Assembly (NCBI GenBank): GCA_963733195.1
Contig: CAVTCR010000063.1
Span: 22,589-86,588 of the forward strand
Origin: an uncultured delta proteobacterium
Lineage (GTDB): Bacteria > Desulfobacterota > Binatia > Bin18
Reading direction: 5' to 3'
DNA: 64,000 bases
Notes under the pieces: model-generated
Seen by the model: only the letters and a program-made list of their open reading frames with translations
What the model was told of the DNA's origin: nothing
The model's database searches: none
Program-made: the position numbers and the translations under genes
Part shown: positions 20,171-29,976 of the stretch, piece by piece
Position numbering within the stretch: the first letter of the stretch is position 1
Layout of the letters: the number at the start of each line of letters is the position of its first letter

Positions 20171-21216
20171 GACGTCCCGAACTGTGCTGTGGCGACACGA
20201 CAGCTCAGCTCAGTGACTGCTGCCGGAGGGTTGGGGAAGACGATCAGGAAGTTCACTGCCTGACCAGGCAGCACATGAAACTGTTTTGGTGGTGCCAGAC
20301 CCTGAAGGACACTGATTTCACGCGTCGTTAGCGTTGGCAAACTTTCTGCCGTTGTCCCCATTCCACACGAGATTATTCGTTGTTCGATGGTTTCGCCATC
20401 AATGTCGTGCAATTGCCCTTCAATTTGGATAAGCGAGGCGGGTACTGAAGCATTGTTCGTGGCTTTGCCGGAAATCGCGAACACACGTTTACTGTCTTTA
20501 GTTACCCAAAAGCCACTCTTTACATCTGATAACACAATGTGCTGTGGCGAAAATTGACTCGCAACAAACGAGGAGCCGACAACCGGAAGGCGTGCAAGCA
20601 TGTTTGCTGTATCGGTCACATTCATTCGCCATCGGCTCCCAAGAAAGTAATAGCCAAGGACGAGAAGGACTAGAAAGCCAAGAGCTGGCCATACAGAAAA
20701 AGTCGTGATCGGTGCTGGTCGTGAGCGTTGGCGAGGCGGCGCGTTTCGTTTTACTGGCTCGTTTCTTCGGTCTCCCTCAGTCGTGGTTGGAGGAGAGAAT
20801 GAAGGAGCCGGGGAAGATAGAAGAGGGGAGTCAAGCGTAAAATCTTCTGGCTCAACGAAATCTTCTGAGAAACTCCTTGTTACCTGAGGTGACTGTCCTG
20901 GAACTTTTGTTGGAGAGGTCGATTTAGGGGACGGCGTCGTGGCAGAAGATTCGTTGGAAGCATGCCCTAATGGAGATTGCTGATCGGGAGGAAAGTCATT
21001 TGCCGATGCGGATGATGACTCCACAAAAGCATCGGGAGATTCTAAAGGTGAATCATCGAGTAGAGGTTCTCCTCCAGTTTCTCGAGAGGGCCCTAGGAGA
21101 TACGAAAAAATATGGCCACATTGTTCCCGCGAGCACTCAAAGAGTGTGGAGTCAGTGATCGATAAGGAGCCGTCCATGCGATAGCGGGTGTGACAGGCTG
21201 GGCATTCAATAATCAC
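20167..21216 (-). CDS. MJ0042-type zinc-ribbon plus DUF3426-like membrane protein
   Basis: [14 protein letters not shown]...[11 protein letters not shown] zinc ribbon, a low-complexity linker, one TM helix, and a C-terminal beta-rich domain. Confidence 0.7.
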   Translation of the reverse strand: MIIECPACHTRYRMDGSLSITDSTLFECSREQCGHIFSYLLGPSRETGGEPLLDDSPLESPDAFVESSSASANDFPPDQQSPLGHASNESSATTPSPKSTSPTKVPGQSPQVTRSFSEDFVEPEDFTLDSPLLSSPAPSFSPPTTTEGDRRNEPVKRNAPPRQRSRPAPITTFSVWPALGFLVLLVLGYYFLGSRWRMNVTDTANMLARLPVVGSSFVASQFSPQHIVLSDVKSGFWVTKDSKRVFAISGKATNNASVPASLIQIEGQLHDIDGETIEQRIISCGMGTTAESLPTLTTREISVLQGLAPPKQFHVLPGQAVNFLIVFPNPPAAVTELSCRVATAQFGTS

Positions 21217-21337
21217 TCGCTGTCCTCCCTATGCAAAGAATTGTAGGAGGAAGTGAAGAAAAATCAACCTCGTTGACGATATATAGTAAAGAAAACTATA
21301 ATGCTGCAACATTTCTGCAGCCAGTCTAGGGAATCAC

Positions 21338-22126
21338 TTGCGTTGGATTGTCCTTGCACTCCGTTTCTTTACGATTGCCGTACTCACGCTTTTTTGGGGC
21401 GTTCTCATTATTCTCTTTTCCTATCTTGACCGGTACGGCGAACGAGCCGCCCGGCTCATTCGCTTCTGGGCGCGGGGAGTGCTATGGGTGTGTGGGGTGA
21501 AAATCCGTGTTCACGGCCGAGAGCGTATTGATCCAACGAAAGCTTATCTATTCATGGCGAACCACCAGAGCAACTTTGATATCCCCATTCTCACGGCGGC
21601 GTTTGATACGCTGCAAGTACGCTGGGTCTCAAAGCAAGAGGTACGCAAGGTTCCTATCATTGGCTTATGTATGCAACGCACGCATCAAGTATTGGTTGAC
21701 CGTGACAGTCCAACCCAAGCGATTGCAGTGATTCGTCAAGTCAAAGCATTACTTGAGGCTGGCATATCAGCCGTTTTCTTTCCTGAAGGGACCCGCACTC
21801 GCGATGGCCATTTGCAGCCGTTCAAACCCGGTGGTTTTGCCGTGGCCACTGAAGCAAAAGTTCCTGTCGTTCCTACAGTGATTAATGGGAGCCGGGCGCT
21901 TTGGCCTCCCGGGGGGCTGGATTTGCGACCGGGAACTGTTGACGTCATATTTTGTGAACCGCTTTCAGTGAATCCACATTTGAGCAAGAAAGCTGCGCGT
22001 GAAGATCTCCTGGGAAAAGTACACGCTGCGATAGCAGAGCAATTGCGAGGTGATGTCCCAGTAACAGCTCCTGTTGTTTCCCCAGCCCTTGTTCCAACTT
22101 CCGCACCGGAGCATCCGACTACATGA
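21338..22126 (+). CDS. plsC: 1-acyl-sn-glycerol-3-phosphate acyltransferase
   Basis: Contains the NHQSNFD (HX4D) and FFPEGTRTRDG motifs. Confidence 0.85.
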   Translation: MRWIVLALRFFTIAVLTLFWGVLIILFSYLDRYGERAARLIRFWARGVLWVCGVKIRVHGRERIDPTKAYLFMANHQSNFDIPILTAAFDTLQVRWVSKQEVRKVPIIGLCMQRTHQVLVDRDSPTQAIAVIRQVKALLEAGISAVFFPEGTRTRDGHLQPFKPGGFAVATEAKVPVVPTVINGSRALWPPGGLDLRPGTVDVIFCEPLSVNPHLSKKAAREDLLGKVHAAIAEQLRGDVPVTAPVVSPALVPTSAPEHPTT

Positions 22127-23790
22127 GTGAGGGTACTTTACGTATTATTCCCCTTGGCGGGCTAGGCGAGATCGGTCTCAACTTGATGCTGATCGAATAT
22201 TGCCCGGCAGACAGCGAGGATATTGCAGCCATTGCTGTTGACTGTGGCTTGATGTTCCCCGAGCGAGAAATGCTGGGAATCGACGTAGTTATTCCCGACT
22301 TTACCTATTTGCGCGAGAAACGCCACCTGAAAGGGGTGGTGTTTACCCACGGGCACGAGGACCACATTGGTGCGCTTCCTCATCTGTTGCGGGAGTTTAA
22401 CGTGCCCGTCTATGGCACAGCTTTTACCCTGGGGTTACTGCGTGACAAACTCGATGAGCATGATCTGCTGGAGGAGACTGAACTTCACGAATTTCGCCCA
22501 CGACAGTCTTGGCAGATTGGTCCCTTTCAGATTGAAGGCATTCATGTCACCCATAGCATTGTTGATGCAGCCGCTCTGGCAATCACAACACCACTTGGGG
22601 TTATCGTCCATACGGGGGATTTTAAACTCGACCAAACGCCGATAGATGGCCGGCAGTCGGATATTGCACGGTTAGCAGAATTAGGAGAGCAAGGCGTATT
22701 GCTCCTCCTTTCTGATTCAACCAATGTCGAACGGCCTGGCACTACACCATCAGAGCGGACCTTAACTCGCCCCCTTGAAGACCTTATGGCGCATGCGAGT
22801 GGTAAAGTACTGGTGGCGACGTTTGCCTCGCATGTCCATCGTATTCGCCAAGTGATTGACCTTTCTCTGAAACAAGGGCGTGCGGTGGGGGTGGTCGGCA
22901 AAAGCTTAGTAAATAATATTGAAATTGCTCGTGAGGTCGGTCACCTCAAGATTCCTGCGGACACGTTGGTCGATATCGGGAAGGTTGGTGATCGAGATCC
23001 ACAAACCGTTACGCTCCTGACGACAGGATCGCAAGGCGAACCGCTTTCTGCTCTGTCACGCATTGCTACTGGCGCTCACCCTCATGTCAAGATTCGCCCT
23101 GGCGATACGGTAATTTTGTCATCGCGGGTTATTCCTGGTAATGAACGTACTATTGCTCGTCTCCTCGATCACTTGTGCCGACGAGGTGCAGAGGTATACT
23201 ATGAGGCCATCGCGTGTGTTCATGTGTCCGGCCACGCGAGCCAAGAAGAATTGCAGCTCATGTTAAACCTGTTACGGCCACAATTCTTCGTCCCTATTCA
23301 TGGAGAGTTTCGTTTTCTGGTTCGTCACTGTGAGTTAGCCCGTGGCGTGGGGGTCGATCCCACAGGAGTGTTTTTACTAGAAGATGGTCAAGTGCTGGAG
23401 ATTACGACGAAGGGCGCACATGTCACAGAGTCCGTGCAGGCGGGACGGGTCTTCGTCGATGGGTTAGGTGGCATAGAAGAAGAGGTGCTCCGCGATCGCC
23501 GCCATATGGCCGAGGATGGGCTTGTGGTCGCGATTGTCGGGATTGCGCAGCAGACTGGAGAAGTGTTGACCGGGCCGGACCTGTTGTCCCGTGGGTTCCT
23601 AGCGGCAACGAATGGCGAAGGGTTTGATGCTGCTAAGGAAGCGGTTCGTACTGCGTTGGGTGAGTTACCGCGAGAGTCGCGGACAGATATTGGGATGGTG
23701 AAAGAACAAGTCCGACAAGTCTTGCGACGCTATTTCCGACGCACGTTAGGTCGACGTCCGGTGGTGCTGCCATTTGTGATGGAGATGTGA
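22123..23790 (+). CDS. rnj: Ribonuclease J (metallo-beta-lactamase/beta-CASP)
   Basis: LRIIPLGGLGEIGLN, the HGHEDHIGALP motif, 555 aa length and overall architecture. Confidence 0.9.
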   Translation: MSEGTLRIIPLGGLGEIGLNLMLIEYCPADSEDIAAIAVDCGLMFPEREMLGIDVVIPDFTYLREKRHLKGVVFTHGHEDHIGALPHLLREFNVPVYGTAFTLGLLRDKLDEHDLLEETELHEFRPRQSWQIGPFQIEGIHVTHSIVDAAALAITTPLGVIVHTGDFKLDQTPIDGRQSDIARLAELGEQGVLLLLSDSTNVERPGTTPSERTLTRPLEDLMAHASGKVLVATFASHVHRIRQVIDLSLKQGRAVGVVGKSLVNNIEIAREVGHLKIPADTLVDIGKVGDRDPQTVTLLTTGSQGEPLSALSRIATGAHPHVKIRPGDTVILSSRVIPGNERTIARLLDHLCRRGAEVYYEAIACVHVSGHASQEELQLMLNLLRPQFFVPIHGEFRFLVRHCELARGVGVDPTGVFLLEDGQVLEITTKGAHVTESVQAGRVFVDGLGGIEEEVLRDRRHMAEDGLVVAIVGIAQQTGEVLTGPDLLSRGFLAATNGEGFDAAKEAVRTALGELPRESRTDIGMVKEQVRQVLRRYFRRTLGRRPVVLPFVMEM

Positions 23791-23809
23791 TGCGGAGGAG
23801 GGGGAGGAT

Positions 23810-26194
23810 ATGGCGGTGGGGAAGAAACCGCGGTCGGAGGAGCAACCCTTCGGGGGAGAGGTGATTGGGGTCGCTAATATTGCCTTAGCGATCTTTTTTA
23901 CCCTGGCATTCTATTCATATCAGGCTGGTGAGACGAGCAGTAACTCTGTTGGTTTGATCGGTTACCTGCTAGCCGACCTGTTATGTCCGGCTTTTGGCCA
24001 GGCGTGCTATTTATTACCATTATCGCTGCTGTACTTCGCTGGAGTGCTTCTCCACCAGTGGCAGTGTCATGCGTTGATATCTCAATTGCTCTCGTTTGGG
24101 ACTTTCCTTGTTACGACCGCTGCGCTGCTTGCGTTGTGGGGAGGGCAGCGTCCTGTCATCGAGGCCGGTGGTTGGGTCGGTGGGTTTCTCGCTCTGCACT
24201 TGCGCACTGGGCTCAATATGATCGGCACCCATTTACTCCTCGTTCCGGTGTTGCTGATGTCGTTTATGGGAATGACCCGCGTAACCTTGTCCGATACCGG
24301 AGTTGGGATCTTTGCTCAGAGTTATGCCTTGATCATTAAAAGTTATACCCTGCTGAGGCAGCTAGGGGGAGTGTTCAAGTGGTTCGAAGGGCTTCTTCCT
24401 CGCCTTGCCTGGGAACGTCCAGAATTGCCTGACCCTGAGCTTGAGATAGTGCCGACGAAGCGCACGAGTCGGAAAGAATCAGTTACTAAGAAATCATCTC
24501 CAGCCATTCTATTAGAGGAGGAAGAAGAGGAAGCCTCACTACCGCCGATCATTATTACCGAGCCTGCACCATCGCCGATTCCAGTCGCCAAAACCGAACG
24601 CTCAAAGCCAGCGCCGGTCAAGGTATTCAGCGAAGCCGTGACGGCCAATGGAAGACCTTATGTGCTTCCCGCCGTGTCACTGATTGATCCGCCGGTACGT
24701 TTAGCGGTGAAAGTTGATGAAGATGCCTTGCATGCGAGTTCACGTATTCTTGAGAACAAACTTGGAGATTTTGGTGTTGAAGGGAAAGTTGTTGCGGTTC
24801 GTCCTGGGCCGGTGATTACCACGTATGAGTTCGAACCTGCCCCTGGCGTCAAAGTGAACCGTGTGGTGTCATTAGCCGACGATCTCCAGATGGCGTTGCG
24901 TGCGGTGTCCGTGCGTATTCTCGCGCCGATTCCCGGTAAAGCCGTGGTGGGTATAGAGGTTTCTAATCCACGACGTGAGAAAGTCTGTATGCGCGAGATC
25001 GTCGAAAGCCAAGGGTTCCAGCAGTCTGATTCGCCGCTGACGTTGGCACTCGGGAAAGATACGGTGGGAAATCCGGTGGTCGCGGATATCGCGCGTATGC
25101 CGCATCTCCTGGTGGCGGGAGCGACCGGAACTGGGAAATCGGTCTCACTCAACGTGATGATCATGAGTATGCTCTATCGGGCAACTCCGCGTGACGTTCG
25201 CTTCATCATGATCGACCCGAAAATGCTTGAACTTTCCCTCTACGAAGATCTCCCGCATCAGCTTTCGCATGTGATTACCAATCCCAAAGAAGCTGGGGCG
25301 GCACTGCAAGAAGTCGTGCGACGTATGGAGTATCGCTACAAACTCCTCAAAGACAAAGGTGTGAGAAGCATTGCGGCTTACAATCGTGTGCTAGAAGCCG
25401 GACAACCGAACGCCAAGGGTGTCGTGAAGCTAACCGAGATCATCGAGGAAGGTGATGACGATGAAGAGTTGCAAAGTAGATCATCGTCTGCGGTAAAGAG
25501 TGAGCCGTTTGTCCATCAGCGACTACCGTATTTAGTGGTGATTGTGGATGAGCTCGCTGACTTGATGCTGACTGTTGGCCGCGAGATTGAGGAGCCTATT
25601 ACTCGTTTGGCGCAGATGGGTCGTGCCGCAGGAATTCACCTCATCCTGGCAACCCAACGTCCGTCAGTTGATGTCATCACCGGTTTGATCAAAGCAAACT
25701 TTCCTGCCCGTGTGTCATTCCAAGTTTCTTCACGGATAGACTCGCGCACGATTCTTGATGCGATTGGTGCCGAGCGACTCTTGGGCGAAGGCGATATGTT
25801 GTTCCTCCCACCGGGGAGTGCCAAACCACAGCGTATTCATGGTGCCTACATTTCTGAACCGGAAATTCGCAAAGTGGCGACGGCCATCAAGAAACAAGGC
25901 AAACCTGTCTATGATGCGGAGTTTGTTGCGGCACTCGAGAAGGCGCGTAGTAACAAGGGGGCTGATGGCAGTGTCGAAGAAGACGACTACGATGAGATGT
26001 ATGAGCAGGCACGAGAGTTGGTGATGGAGAGTCGTCAAGCGTCTATTTCTTGGCTCCAACGCCGACTGCGGGTTGGCTATAACCGAGCCGCACGTATGAT
26101 CGAACGCATGGAGCGGGAAGGGCTGGTGGCTCCTGCTGCCGAAGCTGGGAAACCCCGCGAGGTCTTGGTGCGGGCGAGTGGGGGAAGAGAATGA
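23810..26194 (+). CDS. ftsK: DNA translocase FtsK
   Basis: N-terminal TM helices, an acidic/proline linker, the motor Walker A (VAGATGTGKSV), and the gamma domain (SISWLQRRLRVGYNRAARMIERME). Confidence 0.95.
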   Translation: MAVGKKPRSEEQPFGGEVIGVANIALAIFFTLAFYSYQAGETSSNSVGLIGYLLADLLCPAFGQACYLLPLSLLYFAGVLLHQWQCHALISQLLSFGTFLVTTAALLALWGGQRPVIEAGGWVGGFLALHLRTGLNMIGTHLLLVPVLLMSFMGMTRVTLSDTGVGIFAQSYALIIKSYTLLRQLGGVFKWFEGLLPRLAWERPELPDPELEIVPTKRTSRKESVTKKSSPAILLEEEEEEASLPPIIITEPAPSPIPVAKTERSKPAPVKVFSEAVTANGRPYVLPAVSLIDPPVRLAVKVDEDALHASSRILENKLGDFGVEGKVVAVRPGPVITTYEFEPAPGVKVNRVVSLADDLQMALRAVSVRILAPIPGKAVVGIEVSNPRREKVCMREIVESQGFQQSDSPLTLALGKDTVGNPVVADIARMPHLLVAGATGTGKSVSLNVMIMSMLYRATPRDVRFIMIDPKMLELSLYEDLPHQLSHVITNPKEAGAALQEVVRRMEYRYKLLKDKGVRSIAAYNRVLEAGQPNAKGVVKLTEIIEEGDDDEELQSRSSSAVKSEPFVHQRLPYLVVIVDELADLMLTVGREIEEPITRLAQMGRAAGIHLILATQRPSVDVITGLIKANFPARVSFQVSSRIDSRTILDAIGAERLLGEGDMLFLPPGSAKPQRIHGAYISEPEIRKVATAIKKQGKPVYDAEFVAALEKARSNKGADGSVEEDDYDEMYEQARELVMESRQASISWLQRRLRVGYNRAARMIERMEREGLVAPAAEAGKPREVLVRASGGRE

Positions 26195-26248
26195 AAAGTA
26201 ATGCAAAATGTAGAATGCTGAATGATGAATGGAAAAATGGTGAGAGAG
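26186..26248. repeat. AATG-phased heptamer array (about 9 units) starting at the ftsK stop codon
   Basis: AATG recurs at 26200, 26207, 26214, 26221 and 26228 (period 7). The ftsK TGA is at 26192..26194. Confidence 0.8.
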
Positions 26249-26279
26249 CTTTTTTTGCCTTTGCGGTGTTCTATACTGC

Positions 26280-26960
26280 ATGACTATGCCAATACGTTTC
26301 TCACGATTAGCCGTTGTCATTTTTCTCTTTTATTCATCGTTCATCGTTCAGCATTCCGCATTTGCTGCTCAAACGGCATCCGTCCAGACCGTCGTGAAAA
26401 AACTCCAGGCGCGATACGATTCGACCACAGGCTTTCATGCTGACTTCAAGCAGGAGGTAGAATCCGCCACACTAGGGCAGAAGGTTGAGGCCCACGGAAA
26501 GGTTTTCTTCAAAAAGCCTGGCCGTATGCGCTGGGAGTTTATCGATCCTGAACAGCTTCTGGTGTCCGATGGGGAATTCTTCTGGTTGTATCAGCCAAAA
26601 GAAAATCAAGTCATCAAAACCCCGTTCGCCCAAGCCTTTTACTCAAATTCCCCTGCTTCGTTTCTCCTAGGAGTCGGGCGGATCACGCAAGATTTTACTC
26701 CCAGCTTGCAAGCCCAGAATGCGAAGACGTACACGCTGCGCTTAACGCCGAAGAAAGATCCCGAAGCGATCGGTTTGCTGGATCTCGAAGTTGACGCGAA
26801 GACGTTTGATATTCTTCAAGCGACGATCATAGATCCCATCGGCAACACCACAAAAGTGCACTTTTCTAATATCGATCGCAAAGGACCGCTGGACGAATCG
26901 CTCTTTCGTTTCACGGTCCCGTCTGGGGTCGATATAGTCGACACTCCATCGCCTTCTTGA
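26280..26960 (+). CDS. lolA: Outer-membrane lipoprotein carrier protein LolA
   Basis: Signal peptide followed by VVKKLQARYDSTTGFHADFKQEV...GKVFFKKPGRMRWEF, the LolA family pattern. Confidence 0.8.
   Translation: MTMPIRFSRLAVVIFLFYSSFIVQHSAFAAQTASVQTVVKKLQARYDSTTGFHADFKQEVESATLGQKVEAHGKVFFKKPGRMRWEFIDPEQLLVSDGEFFWLYQPKENQVIKTPFAQAFYSNSPASFLLGVGRITQDFTPSLQAQNAKTYTLRLTPKKDPEAIGLLDLEVDAKTFDILQATIIDPIGNTTKVHFSNIDRKGPLDESLFRFTVPSGVDIVDTPSPS
26322..26366. repeat. Complementary CATT-phased array, the inverted partner of 26186..26248, inside the lolA signal-peptide codons
   Basis: The reverse complement of 26333..26364 (GCAAATGCGGAATGCTGAACGATGAACGAT) aligns with 26203..26232 (GCAAAATGTAGAATGCTGAATGATGAATGG). 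Confidence 0.8.
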
Positions 26961-26976
26961 TATGGCACGCGACATC

Positions 26977-27025
26977 GAGAAGAGTCCAGAGTCTTAGGGT
27001 CTAGGGGTCAGAATCCGAAAACTAT
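26977..27025. repeat. Heptamer array (GAGAAGA GTCCAGA GTCTTAG GGTCTAG GGGTCAG AATCCGA)
   Basis: Read from the sequence, immediately downstream of the lolA stop. Confidence 0.7.
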
Positions 27026-27057
27026 GGGTAGCCTAAATGACATGTGGCGGGTCTTTT

Positions 27058-27185
27058 CCTCGTTCGCCCTTCGACTTCGCTGCAGCTACGCTCAGGACGA
27101 GCGGGTTGAGCGGTCCGTTCGTGCTGAGTGTAACCCCCAGGGTAAAGCTTGTCCTGAGCTTGTCGAAGGATGAAGCATGAACGAC
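27058..27185. mobile_element. MITE-like nested palindromic element (intergenic)
   Basis: Outer arms are cgttcgcccttcgac and gtcgaaggatgaagcatgaacg. Inner arms are cgctcaggacgagcgg and ccgttcgtgctgag. No ORF. Confidence 0.5.
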
Positions 27186-27279
27186 GGTTGCTACAACTCA
27201 CATGGGAGAACTATAACAAGTCGTTCCTGGACCATAGCGGGGGGTCTCGAGGTCTAGATTCTCAATAGAAACACCGAGT

Positions 27280-27314
27280 CCTCATTGCTCGATACTCATT
27301 ACTCATTACTGTTT
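27280..27314. repeat. Heptamer array (CCTCATT GCTCGAT ACTCATT ACTCATT ACTGTTT)
   Basis: Read from the sequence, immediately upstream of the SDR gene RBS. Confidence 0.75.
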
Positions 27315-27330
27315 GTCGGAGGAGGTTGCC

Positions 27331-28086
27331 ATGCGACTCGAAGGAAAAATTGCGTTGATTACTGGTGCCGGTTCTGGTCAAGGACGAGAAGCCGCAGTGC
27401 TCTTTGCTCAGGAGGGCGCACGAGTGGTGGTGACTGATGTGGACGAGAATGGAGTAAAGGAAACTATCGAGCAAATTAAAGCCGCTGGTGGCGAAGCGGT
27501 TGGTCGTCGGATGGACGTTGCTGATGCTACTCAAGTACAGGACGGGGTCGGTTTTGCCATACGGACATATGGATCACTGCATGTGCTCTATAACAATGCT
27601 GGCGTTTACCTCCGCGGCAAAGATGGGCCGGTGACGAGAGTCTCGGATGATATTTGGGACCAGACTCTCAACGTCAACCTCAAGAGCATGTATCTCTGTT
27701 GTAAGTACGCTATTCCCGAAATGATCAAAGCTGGCGGTGGTGCAATTGTGAGCACAGCATCAGCCGCAGGATTGATGGGCAGCAACTTCCACGCCTACTC
27801 GGCGTCAAAGGGCGGAATGATTGCGCTCAGTCGCTCAATTGCGACCACCTACGCGGCCCAAAATGTTCGTTCCAACGTGATTTGCCCAGGCTTTATTGAA
27901 ACCCAAATGACCGCTGAGATTTCCGGTAGCCAGCGGTTGTTACAGGCTTACCTGGACAACACGCCGCTCCATCGCGCAGGTCGAGCGGTTGATGTAGCCT
28001 ATATGGCGTTATATCTCGCCTCCGACGAAGCGGCTTTTGTGACTGGCGGAGTGTTTGTCATCGACGGTGGCGTGACCGCCCGCTAA
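27331..28086 (+). CDS. Short-chain dehydrogenase/reductase (classical SDR)
   Basis: Contains TGAGSGQG (TGxxxGxG), NNAG and YSASKGG (YxxxK). GGAGGAGG precedes the ATG at 27331. Confidence 0.85.
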   Translation: MRLEGKIALITGAGSGQGREAAVLFAQEGARVVVTDVDENGVKETIEQIKAAGGEAVGRRMDVADATQVQDGVGFAIRTYGSLHVLYNNAGVYLRGKDGPVTRVSDDIWDQTLNVNLKSMYLCCKYAIPEMIKAGGGAIVSTASAAGLMGSNFHAYSASKGGMIALSRSIATTYAAQNVRSNVICPGFIETQMTAEISGSQRLLQAYLDNTPLHRAGRAVDVAYMALYLASDEAAFVTGGVFVIDGGVTAR

Positions 28087-28171
28087 TTCAGCTCCCCTGT
28101 GAAACTGGGGTTCTCCTTACCAGCGCTCTCAGCTATAGTTGCGCGCACTTTACCGTGAAAAAGGGATTTTT

Positions 28172-29887
28172 ATGCAACAGTACGTCCGCAAAGTTGACGC
28201 GAGCGGCCACGCCTATGTAGAGACTGACCTCTCTGGGTACATGTTGACGCGTTCGCCTCTGCTCAACAAAGGAACAGCTTTCACGATCGAAGAGCGCAAG
28301 GAACTCGGATTGTTGGGCACTCTCCCCCCGCACGTGACGCCGCTGGCCGAGCAGGTACAACAAAGCTACGCCAATTTCAGTAATTTCCAAACTCCTCTCG
28401 ATAAGCACGTCTTTCTGCGTATGCTGCAAGATCGCAATGAAGTGCTCTTCTATGCATTGGTCGCCCAGCATCTCGAAGAGATGATGCCGATCATCTATAC
28501 GCCGACCGTCGGTGAAGCGGTCGAGAAGTTTAGTCACATCTTTCGTCACCCGCGCGGGTTGATCATCAGTACCGCGAATATCGATTACATTGATTCCTTA
28601 CTCGACAACACGCCGCTCCCTGATGTGAAGCTCGTTGTCGCAAGTGATGCCGAGGCTATTCTTGGCATTGGTGATCAAGGCGTTGGTGGCTTGGGCATCT
28701 GTATCGGAAAGCTTTCTTTATACACAGCAGCGGCCGGGATTGATCCAGCGTTCACGTTACCTGTTGGCGTTGATATTGGCACCAATCGCCAAGACTTGCT
28801 TGATGATCCCCTGTATCTTGGGGTCCGGCACAAGCGACTTGAAGGCAAGGCCTACATGGACTTTATTGAAAAGTTCGTCACCGCCTTCAAGAAGCGCTTT
28901 CCTTCTGCACTGCTCCAGTGGGAAGATTTTAGCAAGCAGAAAGCCTTTGACGTCCTTGACCACTTCCAAGATGTTACGCCATCGTTTAACGATGACATTC
29001 AAGGCACAGGTGCCGTGGTGCTCGCCGGTTTATTGGCGAGCATGCGCAAGATCGGACAAAAACTGTCAGACCAAGTTTTCGTGATTCATGGGGCCGGTGC
29101 AGGTGGGGTTGGCGTTGCGCGGCAGATTTGTCTGGGGATGGAGCTGGAAGGCACGTCACCAGCAGCGGCCAAGGAACGCATGCTGACGTTGGACTCGAAA
29201 GGTTTAGTGCTGACCAATCGTTCTGGACTCGAACCGTACAAGCTGGAATTTGCCCTTGATCCGCAACGCGTTGCCGGATGGAAAACCAAAGGTGCGATTC
29301 CCGATTTACTCGAAACCGTGCGGCAAGGAAAAGTGACGGCGTTGATTGGATTGTCGGGTCAACGTGGAGCGTTCCCGGAGGAAATCGTCCGTGCGGTGGC
29401 GGTTAATACTCCTCACCCAATTGTCTTTGCTCTTTCTAATCCGACGGCGAACTGTGAAGTTGATCCGACGGATGTCTATCGCTGGACTGATGGGAAAGCG
29501 ATCGTGGCTACAGGCAGTCCGTTTGCCGACGTTTCGCATGGGGGCAGATCGTATCCGGTTGGCCAAGGCAATAATGCCTTCATCTTTCCCGGTCTTGGCC
29601 TTGGCGTGATGTTGAGTGGTGCACGAAGAGTCACCGAGAAAATGCTCACGGCGGCAGCGGTCGCTTTGAACGACTTCACGACCGACGAGCGCATTGCTCA
29701 AGGTGGTGTGTATCCACGCATCGAGCAATTGCGCGAAGCGAGCAAACATGTCGCCGTTGCAGTCATCAAACAAGCAATGAAAGATGGTTTAGCTCGGAAC
29801 GAGGTTCCTGAGAAAAATCTTGATGCCTTTGTCGAGAGTGGGATGTGGAGACCTGAATACCTGCCGATCCGACGCAAGCGAGCGTAG
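28172..29887 (+). CDS. NAD(P)-dependent malic enzyme
   Basis: Contains YTPTVGEA, FNDDIQGTGAV, VIHGAGAGGVG and FALSNPT, the malic-enzyme signatures. Confidence 0.9.
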   Translation: MQQYVRKVDASGHAYVETDLSGYMLTRSPLLNKGTAFTIEERKELGLLGTLPPHVTPLAEQVQQSYANFSNFQTPLDKHVFLRMLQDRNEVLFYALVAQHLEEMMPIIYTPTVGEAVEKFSHIFRHPRGLIISTANIDYIDSLLDNTPLPDVKLVVASDAEAILGIGDQGVGGLGICIGKLSLYTAAAGIDPAFTLPVGVDIGTNRQDLLDDPLYLGVRHKRLEGKAYMDFIEKFVTAFKKRFPSALLQWEDFSKQKAFDVLDHFQDVTPSFNDDIQGTGAVVLAGLLASMRKIGQKLSDQVFVIHGAGAGGVGVARQICLGMELEGTSPAAAKERMLTLDSKGLVLTNRSGLEPYKLEFALDPQRVAGWKTKGAIPDLLETVRQGKVTALIGLSGQRGAFPEEIVRAVAVNTPHPIVFALSNPTANCEVDPTDVYRWTDGKAIVATGSPFADVSHGGRSYPVGQGNNAFIFPGLGLGVMLSGARRVTEKMLTAAAVALNDFTTDERIAQGGVYPRIEQLREASKHVAVAVIKQAMKDGLARNEVPEKNLDAFVESGMWRPEYLPIRRKRA

Positions 29888-29928
29888 TGCTGAAGTCTAG
29901 AGGCTGAAGACTAAAGGCTTAAGACTTG
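29887..29928. repeat. Heptamer array (GTGCTGA AGTCTAG AGGCTGA AGACTAA AGGCTTA AGACTTG)
   Basis: Read from the sequence, directly after the malic-enzyme stop. Confidence 0.75.
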
Positions 29929-29930
29929 TG

Positions 29931-29960
29931 AGGGCGACGCAACCGTCGCCCTTATTTTTT
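29931..29960 (+). terminator. Rho-independent terminator
   Basis: Stem AGGGCGACG, loop CAAC, stem CGTCGCCCT, followed by TATTTTTT. Confidence 0.8.
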
Positions 29961-29976
29961 GCGGAGGAAATGAGAG

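Noticed and set aside
25730-26320. 196-aa minus-strand ORF spanning the ftsK 3' end and the lolA start
   Set aside because: It overlaps two well-supported plus-strand genes, and its N-terminal part is just the translated heptamer array.
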